Of a DNA stretch of 64,000 nt, positions 24,214 to 36,589 are shown piece after piece. The stretch lies in the NCBI GenBank assembly GCA_001662655.1, contig KV460231.1, one strand, 5' to 3'. The translations under genes and the position numbers were made by a program. Positions within the stretch are counted from its first letter, which is position 1. Each line of letters begins with the position of its first letter. A model generated the notes under the pieces. That model saw nothing but the letters and a program-made list of their open reading frames with translations. It was not told where the DNA came from and did no database searches. Source of the DNA: Pseudogymnoascus verrucosus. Taxonomy: Eukaryota.

Positions 24214-25779
24214 AGTCGAGTGTGCTGACGGAAGCCCGAGAACAATGCTTCGAAGGAATTAAGTTTCGGGTTGCTTCTCGCGCAGGACAGGATAAGATGG
24301 CAATATGCGTTTACTAGAAAACTCGGTGCCTTCAATATGGAGAGTGCCAACATTAAGTACGAGATTGCGGTGTCGATGGACTTCACGCGTGCTCTCGAGT
24401 GGCAGGATTGAAACTTCCCCTCCAATCATTCACACCGTGGCCATGATCCCTTAATCATCCAGTGGCTGACCACCAGAATGGCCCTTAAATCCATTTCAAC
24501 AAGATGGATTTCTTTTCCGGCTACATAGTTTTGCCATGCATCCCGCTGCACCTTACAACGAGTAGGATGTGCACCGAGAAATAACTTTGACAGCCGGGGT
24601 CATAATCATGCGCTAAACGGACCCTTCGTTGATGGTTGCAGGACGCTCGTTATAAAGTGTCTTACGGCAAGTCGTGGCTCAGCATTCTGAGGCGGCCTCT
24701 TGTCTCAGTTTACTCAGCTCACGGTTACTCCGCGCTCTTGGCATGATCATTTCGTAGATCCGGAGGCCTCCCTCCACGACGCCTAAGTCCAGCCCTAGAA
24801 GCAGGAGGTGAGGTAGAGTGAATAGTCTCACTGTGCTCCTAAAATTGCTGTCAGCTTTGGTTTCGACGCGAATGGGTCGTAGCCACGTCACTGGCACCTG
24901 ACTGAAGATAAAACAGCCTTCCAGGTGTACATGCACATCAATGGTAACACGGATGCCAATGAGAGCATTCGTGATAACCGGAAATGGGATGTGACTAAAA
25001 GTTTAGACAAGTTGACTTCAACCTCCTCTCTCTTTCGGCAATCGACGATCTGTTGATCGGCAATCATACCACTGATTGTGTTGCGACTGGCTATCGCTCA
25101 CCGACTTTTAAGGGTATTGGTCCAGTGTGTCCAGTGGATTGTGGGCATCGGATCGACTATCACTCAATTAACTTATCATATGATCGATCTAATCACCTAT
25201 CGCGATGGGTGGATGTTCATCATCGTTCGAATGTATGAGACAACAATTCTGGTTTGAAGGATGGCTCCGGTTAGTATGCCAATACTTGCACTTTCAAGCC
25301 TCGTCGAAAACCTTCCTCCTGCTGTCGATGACTCGAGAATTCATGTCGTGTCGCGTACGGAGCGAGATGGGCTGCTACTACATCCTGATCCTGTCCCACC
25401 TGATTTAAATAGGTTCTTTACAAATGAGTCTTCACCAATCAACACAGAGTACCACCGCCGCGATGGCATCTTTGGTCAGGGAGTGGGTTGCTCTCATGCT
25501 TGTGGCTTGAACGGATTTTTAATTGAGACTCAAGTGACATCGAAAGTTAACTCAGAGTCAGCTCTGAGAATTCCTAATTGTCCGTAACTCGGCCCCCTTG
25601 CATCAATCGACTGGCTTTCCGGCATACCAAGTCTTTGGCACACGTCAATGCTATAATATCTGAAATCCACTCTCTGCAATCCTATGTTCAAACCTACCTC
25701 ACGTCCAGATCGAGCCTTTGATTTTGACTATTACACCATATTTATTACAGTGCAATGTAGGATCGCAGGAAAACAGGCC

Positions 25780-25872
25780 CACTATTCATGTCTTGCTACG
25801 TATATGTCTAACCATGCCCTGGTGTCTAACTATACCCTGGTTAGACACACATGTAGCAAGACATGAATAGTG
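25780..25872. mobile_element. 93-bp MITE-like hairpin with CACTA...TAGTG termini
   Basis: 35-bp arms cactattcatgtcttgctacgtatatgtctaacca and tggttagacacacatgtagcaagacatgaatagtg are reverse complements with 3 transition mismatches. Confidence 0.65.
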
Positions 25873-26986
25873 TACCCTATTGCATAATTACGGTTTGGAC
25901 CCTTAGTTATTGGCTGCATTGTATACTTTTAGCTTTCAGCTCGCCCGTTGTTTAGCTAGAAGCGGTGTCTCCCCTGATATGGCAAAGAACTGCAAGTGCC
26001 AATAATGAAGATTTTTCGATGTAAATGGCTTTCGTTATATTGGCTTGAGCCGGCTCAGAGTGGTGGTGCCAAGGATCGCCGTCCTGATTGGGCCTGGTGA
26101 TCGGCGGTGGCAGCTGTGGCACGACAGCTCCTGTCACCGTGGCACGGAGTAAAACTCAACAAATACTACATTGCATATGCACTCCCCAAAGCGTGTCTTA
26201 AAATCCGCTTTCCGATATCTGTGGCCAATGTGACATTTCTCAGAGGATATAACGTGTACGTAGCATTAGGAGCAGGCATACATTAGCAAAGCAACTACAA
26301 GAACCATACGCTTGGGCCACCCGCAATTTGTCGCCCTTTGACCACGTGATCTTAACAGTTTTTGGTTCACCCGCGGAATGTATTTAGTGCCGAATCTGGA
26401 ATAGTGTACTTATGACTAATACCGGAAATGTTCGTGGAGCCATGTTCGTGGAGCCACTCTCGTAAGAAGTCAGCCACAATTAGCAACCGTAATTTGATCC
26501 ACAGTTTAAATCGCAATTTGAAAACGACAATAATATTATTTATCTTATGACTGTCGTAGGTCCCGCATTTTCCCCCTCTACCTTCTCATCCTCATTCTTT
26601 GGCCAACCTGTAATTATTTAGAAAATTCTTTCCGGCTATTAAACCTCATAAGCTAAGTAAAAAATCCGCTAACTGAATGATTAACTTTTGAGGATTTGCC
26701 CATAATACTACGAAACAGCTGCAACCTTAAAAATAACTTATGGGACCTCGTTTTTAGACGAATTCACAGTCCTAGGCTTTCCTCGGTGTATTGCTCGGTA
26801 GGTTGATGATGTCTACAAGTAAAGCAACGTTAGTTATGTGCTGCATCATGTTGTGGGAAATCAGGCCCCCTGATGCTAGTGGCCTGTACAAGTCAGGGGC
26901 CTAGCGCCATGGTTGTATGAGTATTTCTACAAAAACGGCGGCAGCAAGCCAAACTCGTCACTTGTCGACGACAAACGTTCTCCGAC

Positions 26987-29900
26987 ATGGCTCCCTATAC
27001 ACACGTTCAATGGCTTAGGTTAGTTCAAGACCAAGGTGCGGTTTCTATACACCACTTAGGTCGGCTGCAAAATATAGCAAATTCACTCCCGCGTCCTTCG
27101 AAGCAATACCCATCAACTTTGCTCTTCGTTAGAAAAGCATCTAAGTCCGCTGCCCTACGTGGCATATACCATAAAAGCCAGATCTTAAATTATTGAAATT
27201 ACGGCATTGCAAACATCTGTCTCGATCCTAAGACTACCGACGACACATATCCCGTGCTCATTGCCAACGCCTCTCTAGATGGGACAGCTGGTACTAACCT
27301 AAGCTCAACTAGAGAGAAGTGTCATGAGACTACTTGTCATCCATTAGACTAGTCGACTAACCTAGACGCGACTCCTCGCCGGCAGGATCTAATGGATATT
27401 ATTTAGGCTCGCCTACTCGCAATGTTTGTTAACGTTATTTGCATCTTTGCAGATGATTGCGGAGGTCTCCCTAGCGTGGTAGCAAAGCTTACCACCTAGG
27501 CAAAGCTCAATTCTGCTTCTAGTTTGCCGAGCACAGTTCGACCTCGTGTACTAGTCGTCACTTGCATGCTAGGAGAGATATTTGACTTAGAGGTCCTGCG
27601 TTTTCAGTCGCAGCTCTTTTCCACCGCTACCTTCTCCAGCTGTTTCTTCTCGCTCAATGTTATAAACAGGCTACCTAAGCCTCGCATTGCATATAAGTCT
27701 GATTTTACCGCTTTAGAGTCGCTGTTGGCTTAGGAGACTATAGCTGCACGGCAAACTCAACTTGATTCTCATACTCTATTTTCTTCAATACATTTAGCTG
27801 CATTTTTTAAGAAGGCGTTGACTAGGTTTTCAAAGACGCCTAAGGAGACGTTTAACTTCATACGCGCCTTAAGAGATGGAAATATGGTGAACAGCGAATT
27901 CTAAGACCACATCAACGAATTCTTGTGCTTGTCCCTAGAGAATAAATTACCTAACAACATCCCTATACCCTTCATCTCGTCAGCTATTTTATTCAATAGC
28001 TTTCCTCCTAGCATGCATTGTAAGTATCACTCAATTTTACTGCTCGCATACTAACAGAAGTTAGTATTCAACCCATCCCATGTGTTCGAAACCTTATATC
28101 GTCCACTCGTACTCCATGGGTTTCGACATTTTGCAGCTTCCTAGCAGCTATTAAGTGAATTGATTTGCAGAGACATTAAGACAGAACTAAACAAAATGTT
28201 CTTAGAGATGCAAAATGCTGGACGTTCGGCTGTTAATCTTCGCATACAAGCACTATGCCGTTATAGTGAGTACTAGGGCGTATTAAAAACGACTAGGCTA
28301 TGTCTTTACTGCCTCTAAAGAAAGCCAGAACATGTGCTAGACTGCTATCATACAATTTACGACATTTGTCTCACCACCTTTAGAGAGCTGGATAAGGGTT
28401 TAGAGTATCATTATAACCTAACCGCCTACCTCATCTACCTAGAAAACATTTGTTTTTAGGGAAGGGTTATGCCTCCTACATGCCGTGCACGAGTTGTTAG
28501 CTTTGACGGAGGTAGATGTCGCGGAATAGTTTCACTAACGTTCTTTGATGAAATGCAAGATGCCTTTAGACTTAATTATCCCATATAAGACCACTTTGAT
28601 TTAGGAATAGGGACAAGCTTAGGTTGGTTACTACTAGCTCAAAGCAGATGCTATAATAACTAACACATAATAGGAGCTGTTGGCCTAGCTGCCCTTTTTA
28701 TAATGCACTAGGATACAAAGACGTGTCTCCATTTCTAGCATAAGTTTATAACTCGTGTTTTTAAAAAGATCATTCTGCGATCTACGATTGCAAAATGTTA
28801 GTGGTACCTTACGTCATACTTTGCTGATGGTCTATACGATGCCGTGCTTCTAGAACAAGCACTATAGGAAAAGTTCTAGCTTCGCCGTCTATTTGGCCTA
28901 ACAGGATTAAGACCGTCCGGCATGAAGGTTGTAATAACTGCAACTACAATCTCTAATGCCACGCTGTGTCTTTTTACAAACTACAATGGAAGTAGTGACT
29001 ATAGGGATTCACGTAGAAACTTCCCGCCTATTGTTCGCATCTGCTAATGGAGCAACAGAATGCAAACACATCCGCCCCTATAGTGCTTTAGATGAAGTGC
29101 TTCTTTGGGAAGCGTGAGTATCTTTAGTTGCGTAATATACAGCTACTGACTTCTTAAAAGGCTATGATGTACGACAGCGGCACCTTGGTTAGTAAGCGCA
29201 AATTGAAATTAATCAACTATAGCTGACTTGAAAAGGTACTATAAAACCAAATTCCTAGAGGCATTTGGCACGTTCTAAGATGGTGGATTGAAGTACAACA
29301 ACCCTTTAAGGCTAGGGCGTCGGCAGGTTCAACGCATATGGAATGATGAGGACTGCGACATAGTCTTATCTATAGGTACAGGTTTTAAGGAGCAGCTAAC
29401 GTCACCTAAAGCCCCTAACGTTCGAAATCTCTTCTAGGACGGTGCGATAGCACGGCTTTATCGAGCTTCCATGTCGTTACTGTCGTTAGATAGCGGTAAT
29501 AGCTAGAAAGATCATTGGCATGGGCTGGAGAAAGACATAAAAGGACAGCATTTCTGCCTTAATGTACCGCTAAAAGGCAGGGTGCCTAATATCGATGAGG
29601 TAGACTAGATGGCCGACCTCTAGGACTAGGTACGAAACAACCTAGGCGACATGGATGGGCTTGCTAGGGCCTTTAAAGCAGTCTCCTTCTTCTTCGAGCT
29701 TAACGAGCCCCTAGTACGCGAGGGTATTATTTACGTGTGTCGTGGATCTATTCTATCTCGAAGCCCTAATAGTCGAGCTCTAGTGCAAAACATAACATCT
29801 AGATACCCTTATTCTCGATTTATAACGGATGACGAGGTTTCCTTAGGATCACTTAGCCTTGATGATATCTGCTAGGATTGCAGTCGTTTTCAAAAGAAAG

Positions 29901-30193
29901 TCACAATCTCTGTTCGGCATCTAATTGATGTAGTCGATCTGCTCTTGTGTTGTAGCAGGCTATTTCGGCGAAGCATTAGCGGATTTCCTAATCCCATGAA
30001 ATGGTTTGAAGAGCGACAGAATTTGAAGGCTACGTTTGGTCGGGCGGACCATAGCGAGGCCAATGCCTTATCTAACTCGGACTGCAGCTGCGTTCATCGA
30101 CGTCGTCACATGGATTTAACAGATAGATCGACACCGCGAAAACGACCCTACGGCCTGGTAGGCATGAGGAGGAGCAAGAGGCGCCGCTTGTAG
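26987..30193 (+). pseudogene. Patatin-like phospholipase (large fungal Starship-type PLP), multi-exon, RIP-inactivated
   Basis: N-terminus QYPSTLLFV...GIANICLD; CLYCL..KPEHVLDC; VVSFDGGRCRGI (DGGG loop, ~28495); FDLGIGTSLG (GxSxG, ~28596); GTF*DGGLKYNNP (DGG, ~29270); Arg-rich C-terminus. Confidence 0.85.
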
Positions 30194-30734
30194 ATTGCAT
30201 TAAAATTTCGTATTAGAATAAACCTACGCTGGCAAAATCCCAAGTTGAGAAACATATATACTTAGAGCTGTGACTGTTCAGTGAGCTCTAAACCTCGGCC
30301 CCATTTTATAAACTATTTAAGCGTAATACTCTGATATTTCATCGCCGTATTATGTTTCTTCTAAGAACGCTCGATGCAACTCACCGTCACAATCAATTCT
30401 AGGTTTAATAAGGATCGACTTGTAAATTTAGGCCCTACTAGAGTATTGATGTAAGTTAGGACTGGCTGATGTGCTGTACATATTTGATACGAATGGCGAC
30501 GTGCTTGTATTGCTCATATGCACAATTCCATTAGTCTTTCTCAATGCTTCGTAGCATGATGAGTTCTAAGAGATCTTGATTTAGCACCTGAAGAAAGAGC
30601 TATTGCTTAGGATGACACATCGCTGTTCGAATCCGGTCACGACGAGGAACCCTTGGATATACAGCCATGTGCCTTAGTAAGATTATACTATTTTCGACAG
30701 GCTTGGTCAGCATATTTTTGCCCGGCATAGTAAA

Positions 30735-30901
30735 CAGGTACCGGAAAACTATTAGGTACCTGCCTAATCAGGTACTAGGGAAGAGTCAGGTACCGGAAAA
30801 CTATTAGGTACCTGCTTGATTAGGTACCGGAGAAGAGTTAGGTACTGGAAAACTATCAGGTACCTGCTTGATTAGGTACTGGAAAAAAGTCAGGTACCTG
30901 C
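30735..30901. repeat. 52-bp tandem repeat, ~3.2 copies, built from (c/t)aggtac(c/t) sub-repeats
   Basis: Units start at 30735, 30787, 30839 and 30891. Confidence 0.9.
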
Positions 30902-30959
30902 TATATTAACAGTCTTATGTAAGGCAACTTTTCTAAGAGCATCTGCTACAGTAAGTCAC

Positions 30960-33438
30960 CTAATTGGTTCAATTTATATTTGCTCTTCTGGTCCTTCTTC
31001 TATAGTAAGGAGGGCCTTATGGGGTAAATCTGTATTCCCTGTTTCACTTAATCTTAGTCTATTTCTCGCAGTCGCCCTTGCTGCATGTGCCTGGTTATTC
31101 CTGGGGCCACCCTCTCCTGTTACGGCAGGTTCGAGTACCATTATCCTTCTAGTCTCGGTCTCAACTAAGGCATTAAAACACTCACTCTACAACTAATGTG
31201 TGCCCCGCTCATCCATTAAGGAGAACCTAGCATTTGCGTATGCCACGGCTCTTGCCTCCACCCTAGTGCAAGTAAACATCGACGTTGTGCGGATGTCTCC
31301 GGTTTGTGATATGAACTCAACATTCAATTCAGAGCTCTTCGGTATTTCGCTCTGAGTGAATGCAGTGGGTTTAGGCTGCGATGTAAAGCTAGTGTTCACT
31401 TTAGAGCTGTGCTGTATTCCGTCTTGCTCGGTAGCAGTTGGCACAAGGTTTGTGAAAATTCTGTCACCTGTCTCGCCCCTCATTGCTGTGTCACCGGCAG
31501 TAGGAATAGATGTTTCGGAAATCCCTTCCCCTCTACCGCCTGGCATGAGTGGCTCTAAGGTCTCTAGAATACTAGTTGTCCTAAAAAAGGCCTGGTATAT
31601 GGATCTTTTAACATAAAACGAACTAATGTTATGGCTAAATTTTGGGAATTCACTTAAAGGTGCATGCATCTTACGAATGAAGAGATGGAGGCGGTCCTCA
31701 TCATCTAGCGGTCTACTGCGGTAACGTCCACATCTATGAGATAGAGGTTCACCTATTCCTTGCGTAGTGAGAGAAGGCCTCGATACGGCACTAGTAGCTA
31801 GAGTTGAATTTGAAAGGTATCCTTTGAAGAGAGCTAAGAGTGCTTCTAGTATGGGTTCGTTAACGCTGAAGATCTCTTTTGGTAGGCTGTGTAGCATATC
31901 TGCAAGAAGCCTCTTACTAGGATCTATCAATGCATCTTGATCTGTCTTAATAGAGAAGCCTATGCGTTGGCTAAATGCTAAGAGTCTAAACCCTAGATAC
32001 CGCTTTATACTATCGACAGTCTGCCTTATTGGGTTCATATCCTTTTTAGACGAAACACTTAAGGGGTTGGTGAAGTAGCGTATCGCTGCTAGGAACAGTT
32101 CACGATATGCAAGGCCAAACAGATAGTTGTGATCTCTAGACACCGTCGTATATGATGTTTTACTATCTTGGATCTTAAGAGGCCCTCTATTACCCTCCGG
32201 TCGGAAGAGTGGCAGAAAGCCTACGCGGAGACTCTCTTTACTACCATTCAGCAAGAGAGCCCGCATTGCTCTAGCAGCTAGGTCAACGTACCTAAGGTCC
32301 TTAAATAACGTATAAATACTCGGTATTGGCTGTTTAATTCTAAGTAACTGCTGTAAAATTCTAGATTGAGCAGCTGGGTCCTTGATTGCTAGAAACAATC
32401 TACTAGACAGCATTTCTGCCTTAATGTATTAGGAGTCCATCTTACATATAGCGGGAGCTCGTAGCTAGATGCTCTTCACAGAGGCACGATCAACGCCATG
32501 TATGAGGGAATTATCCCCTATTATGCGTGTTATTGTATTCTTTATTAGATTGATGTAACAGGCTATTTCCTAGCAATAAAAGTTAGCTATGGGATAGACG
32601 ATTAGGCAGTGAGCAGGACCTCGTCGCATTTGATTAACAGCAGTATATCTAAAGACCTAAGATGGAAGGCATTCTAGTAGCCTCAGAAATGTATGATAGA
32701 TTTAAGGGCATTAATGATGGTCTAACGGTTAAGCAATCTGTTAAGGTCTATTTCTTTGTTGACACTAATTCGGGCACGCCATCGAGCTGCTTCTTCTCGT
32801 TTATTCTGGAACCGGCAGAGGATTATTTAGCAGAATATCTCTCCATCGGTATAATTAGTCGAATAAGTGCGACCTTCTCTAAGCAATTGGCGTGCTTTGT
32901 CGTCGAGTCCTGCGTATGGCTGTTAGTAATAATCAGTGTTGTGATTCTCACACGTGCCCTGTCCGTATATATCTATAAGCCACCATTTATTCCTAGATAC
33001 GAGGAGTCCATCTGCTGCAGCAACCCTATGCTGACCATGTAGGCACGCTAGCTGTATATTGTGTGGGAGCTCGAACTTTGCTAGAGAAAGTATTGAGTTG
33101 GCTTTGAAACGGTCGGCGCTAACACCTAGTTCTTCTAGAGCTAGCGCGAGGGAATTATCGTCTATTACAGCTAGGAGACTAAAGGTACTATCTTGCTAAA
33201 GGCATCCTTCACCCTTAAAATTGCGCCTGAGATTCTTCACGAGCTTAGGGTCGATAGGGCGAATTGGGTTTGGAAATGACAGTTGCGACAGGTGCACTCG
33301 TGCTTTTCCCTTTAGGTGAAGTGTCTTGCTCTTAACAAACTGCTGCTCTAACGATGCTAGAAGCTCCAATCTAGGGCCATTTCTTACCGAATCGTTAGGC
33401 GTCATTAGAAACGTGGAGTTTTGTATTCTTATTGTCAC
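30960..33438 (-). pseudogene. DUF3723 protein (Starship auxiliary gene), RIP-damaged; 3' end approximate
   Basis: KGKARVHLSQLSF...RPIDPKLVKNLRRNFKGEGC; ACLHGQHRV...KWWLIDIY; PIPSIYTLFKDLRY; LAYRELFLAAIRYF; HRCGR; SSFYVKRSIYQAFF. Confidence 0.8.
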
Positions 33439-33643
33439 CTTAAAGGATGTTGTTTGATCTTGCCATCTTTGCGGGTCATGGGTATTCGTCGTTTGTCCCT
33501 CCTGCCTTAGCTAGGGTGCCTGCTTCTGGTGGCCCCCTCAATTGTAAGGGCCATAATTAAAATCCTTTATTTACATACAAAAGTACTGCACGAATTTATA
33601 CTTAGATTCTTTAAAGACAGTGGTCTTTAGAATCGAGATCATA

Positions 33644-34812
33644 ATGTCAACTAAATCCCTAGAATCGCGACGGTTAACTCGTTTTCCGGGGGTTGGATCT
33701 GAAAGGCTCCGACAACCACAAACACCTAATAATAATCTGCAAGACGGAGAAAAGTCTAGCAATAGAGGAACTCGTTTTCCTAGAAGTCTTGATTATGACT
33801 TTACTCTCTTGATGGGCGCAAAGCTAGAAGAGCCGGCTCTAGAGAGGCGGAGTCTAAGACTAACGGTTCCACATATACCTCTCTTAGTAAACACCGGCAA
33901 TGCGACTCCTCGTCAATCTATTGTCATAGATTAGGTGGGGCTTTATTCATTACCTATAGTCTGGCACGAGAATCCATGGCTTAAGTACACATGTTTGCGA
34001 AGGATGAGACGGGGAAGTCTCGTGCAAGTGGCCTGCACCAAGTCAATACCGACGGCGATGGTGACGGTAAAGGAGACTAGAAAGCTCCTTGAACTTGATC
34101 AAGTAATCAAATTTCGACACTTAAACCTAGTTGTCTTCATAGGGTGTTATAAGTACGACGGGAAAACGATGCTGGTTTCCGAATATGCACAAGTCTCTCT
34201 AAGGCAGACTATCGCTATTCCGTATGATTTCGAGAAAACTCATGTCTCTAAAGTTTGCAGTTAGGTATATTACTCATAGCCGCTATATATGCCGTGCTGA
34301 TTATACAGGTCTTCGAGGGCATGTTATATCTATCTAGGCACAGGTTCTCTCATAAAAGTTTAGATAGTTCTAAAGTCCTACTTCAATCTGATGGTATTGT
34401 CAAAATAGGTAGGGTCTAGTACTTTTCGTATATCCCCTATGCTTATACTTACAGCCTATATTGAATCCTGCTAAGAAACCGGATTCACTCCTACCCGCGG
34501 GCTTAGGCTGCTCGTACTTGAAATGATACAGAAGGGCGTTATCCTAAAACATATACAAGAAGGCGGCAAACTCGTGCTAAATCTTCCAATTCTTTAGTCG
34601 GCAGAGCTTATAAACTTCTTAGAGATTACCTCCCACTGCTCTTTAAGTAATATAAAAATGGTAACATACTACCTAACCTGTGAGAAGCTACTCAAGCTGA
34701 TAAAGAATAGAATACGTTTTTGAAAAGCTTGTCGCTAACCATTCTGATCCCTTTTATTAGCTATGCTTAACTAGAGGCTATTGCTCCTCAGATTAAGTCT
34801 AGTTCGGGATAG
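33644..34812 (+). pseudogene. Protein-kinase-like (pseudokinase) gene, multi-exon, RIP-damaged
   Basis: ENPWLKY...VTVKE...RHLNLVVFIGCY...LVSEYAQVSL, then VFEGMLYL...SHKSLDSSKVLLQSDGIVKI. HRD and DFG are not canonical. Confidence 0.65.
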
Positions 34813-34942
34813 CAATAGAATATCACATTTTGAGCTTCGCATCGGCATTAGTTATATTTTTATCGCACCAAATGTTTGCAGGCAAGCTAACGCAGGTAAT
34901 TATGGTATTAATAGTGTATTTAATTGTTGATCATAAACTAAA

Positions 34943-35280
34943 TCACTTTGTGGTTAGATCTAACACCAATTTCACCTCTCCTGTCGCGTGCTGTTTAAAG
35001 TTGTGTGGTGACACCATATTAAAGCGGTGGGTGTCTTGCTATATTTTAACAGATTTAGCCATGCATAATGATATAGTTTAGCTTGACTTACTATATCCGC
35101 CATAGATGGTGGCCAATCATCTCTCTCGATAGATTTATAAATGTGGTACTGACCACGCTGAAATACAACGACAGCTACATCAACATTACATAGCTTTGCT
35201 AACTCATAACCTCTGCGAAAAAGGGTTCTTTTCCTTAGCCTAAGCCTCTCATTTTTCCGTTTAATAAGCTTGGCTTCCAT
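34943..35280 (-). CDS. Small MADS-box (SRF-type) domain protein, 2 exons
   Basis: RLRLRKRTLFRRGYELAKLCNVDVAVVVFQRGQYHIYKS...WPPSMADI; ATG at 35280; GT-AG intron ~35091-35041. Confidence 0.7.
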
Positions 35281-36589
35281 GACTAAAGTGATATATTGCA
35301 ATGGTTGCGAGAATCCTAGAAGGCAATTCTTTTATACAGTGGGGCGGACTCTTATCTTGGCCTGGATATTTCTACTACGTCATTAGAAAGTCCATGTTAC
35401 GTGCCATCGTTTTGCTAGTGGCCTTCGTTTTATTACTAGCCATCGTCTTGCTAGTGGCCATCATTTACTAGTGGCCTATAGTGGCCTTAGTCATTAATGC
35501 TTCTGTAGGTCACTATAAATTTAAATTGTCAACAATAGCAAGGTTATGTTAGGCATAAGAGAGCAACGGCTAAACTTCTTCGATATCATCTTAATATGAT
35601 CTCATTGTGGGTCAACAGCTATTTCAACTTTAAGCTACTATTCTAATCTTAGACCTAGATTTACAATCACTACCTTAGCATTAGTTTTAATCTGCAGTGT
35701 CTCTCCTATACTGGTTTACTTAGTACTAGTACCATATAAGCGTCAAGTTGTAAGGGATTTCACCATAAATTCAGACCCATGTCGCCAAGTCATACTCACT
35801 GGTTTTAGAGCACCTCAATGTAGCGACGGCAGAAACGAAACCCTCTAAGTTCACCCTATTGCAACACTTATAGACACAGATGGGGTTGTTCAACCCCTCA
35901 ATTGGACAAATCGGGGTGAGGTGCAAGTCAACAGTCTTCAATTCTCTAGCATAAATAACGCTAATGCAACAAATTGTAACCCGATGTAGTTTATGTTTTA
36001 TAATAAACAAGGCTTATATTCTAGAGTCACATATGTGACTCTAGGAGAAGCTGGTCAGAAGTGCGTGGACTTTTATGGCTCAACAATCGCGTCGTATAAT
36101 GGGGTCACTTTGCTCTATCTGCAGACGGAAATACTTTAATTGGATAACAAGAATTTAACATGCGAAAGTCACGGTTATGGGCGATTTCTGCTATTATTTC
36201 ATAATGACATTAATTTGACTATACTACGTGCATAAGTGCTAACATCTAAGCCCGTGGCATCTTCCATATCATCGTTGTCAGCCTCATCTAAGCCTTCCTT
36301 ATGCCTAATTATTTTATAACCAAACTAAAAATTTCGAAACCTCTCGGTGCTGGTGATATCAAGGTAATTTAGGCAACTATCTAGCTACTTAAACCAAGGG
36401 CCCTAATCTGCCTCGAGTCGGGCAGTGCTCGTGATACTAGTCTAGCTAGATCTTTAGTCAACCTGTTTTGAGCTAGGCAGGGTTTACGAGGATACTAGTC
36501 TAGCTGGGGCTTCACTCGACCTGTGCACTATGATGTTAGTACTCTATAGATACCCTTGTAGCCAACTTACCCTTGTAGCAAGTAGAGGT

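Noticed and set aside
14874..24262. Many plus-strand ORFs overlapping the PKS
   Set aside because: Antisense shadows of a long GC-balanced coding sequence.
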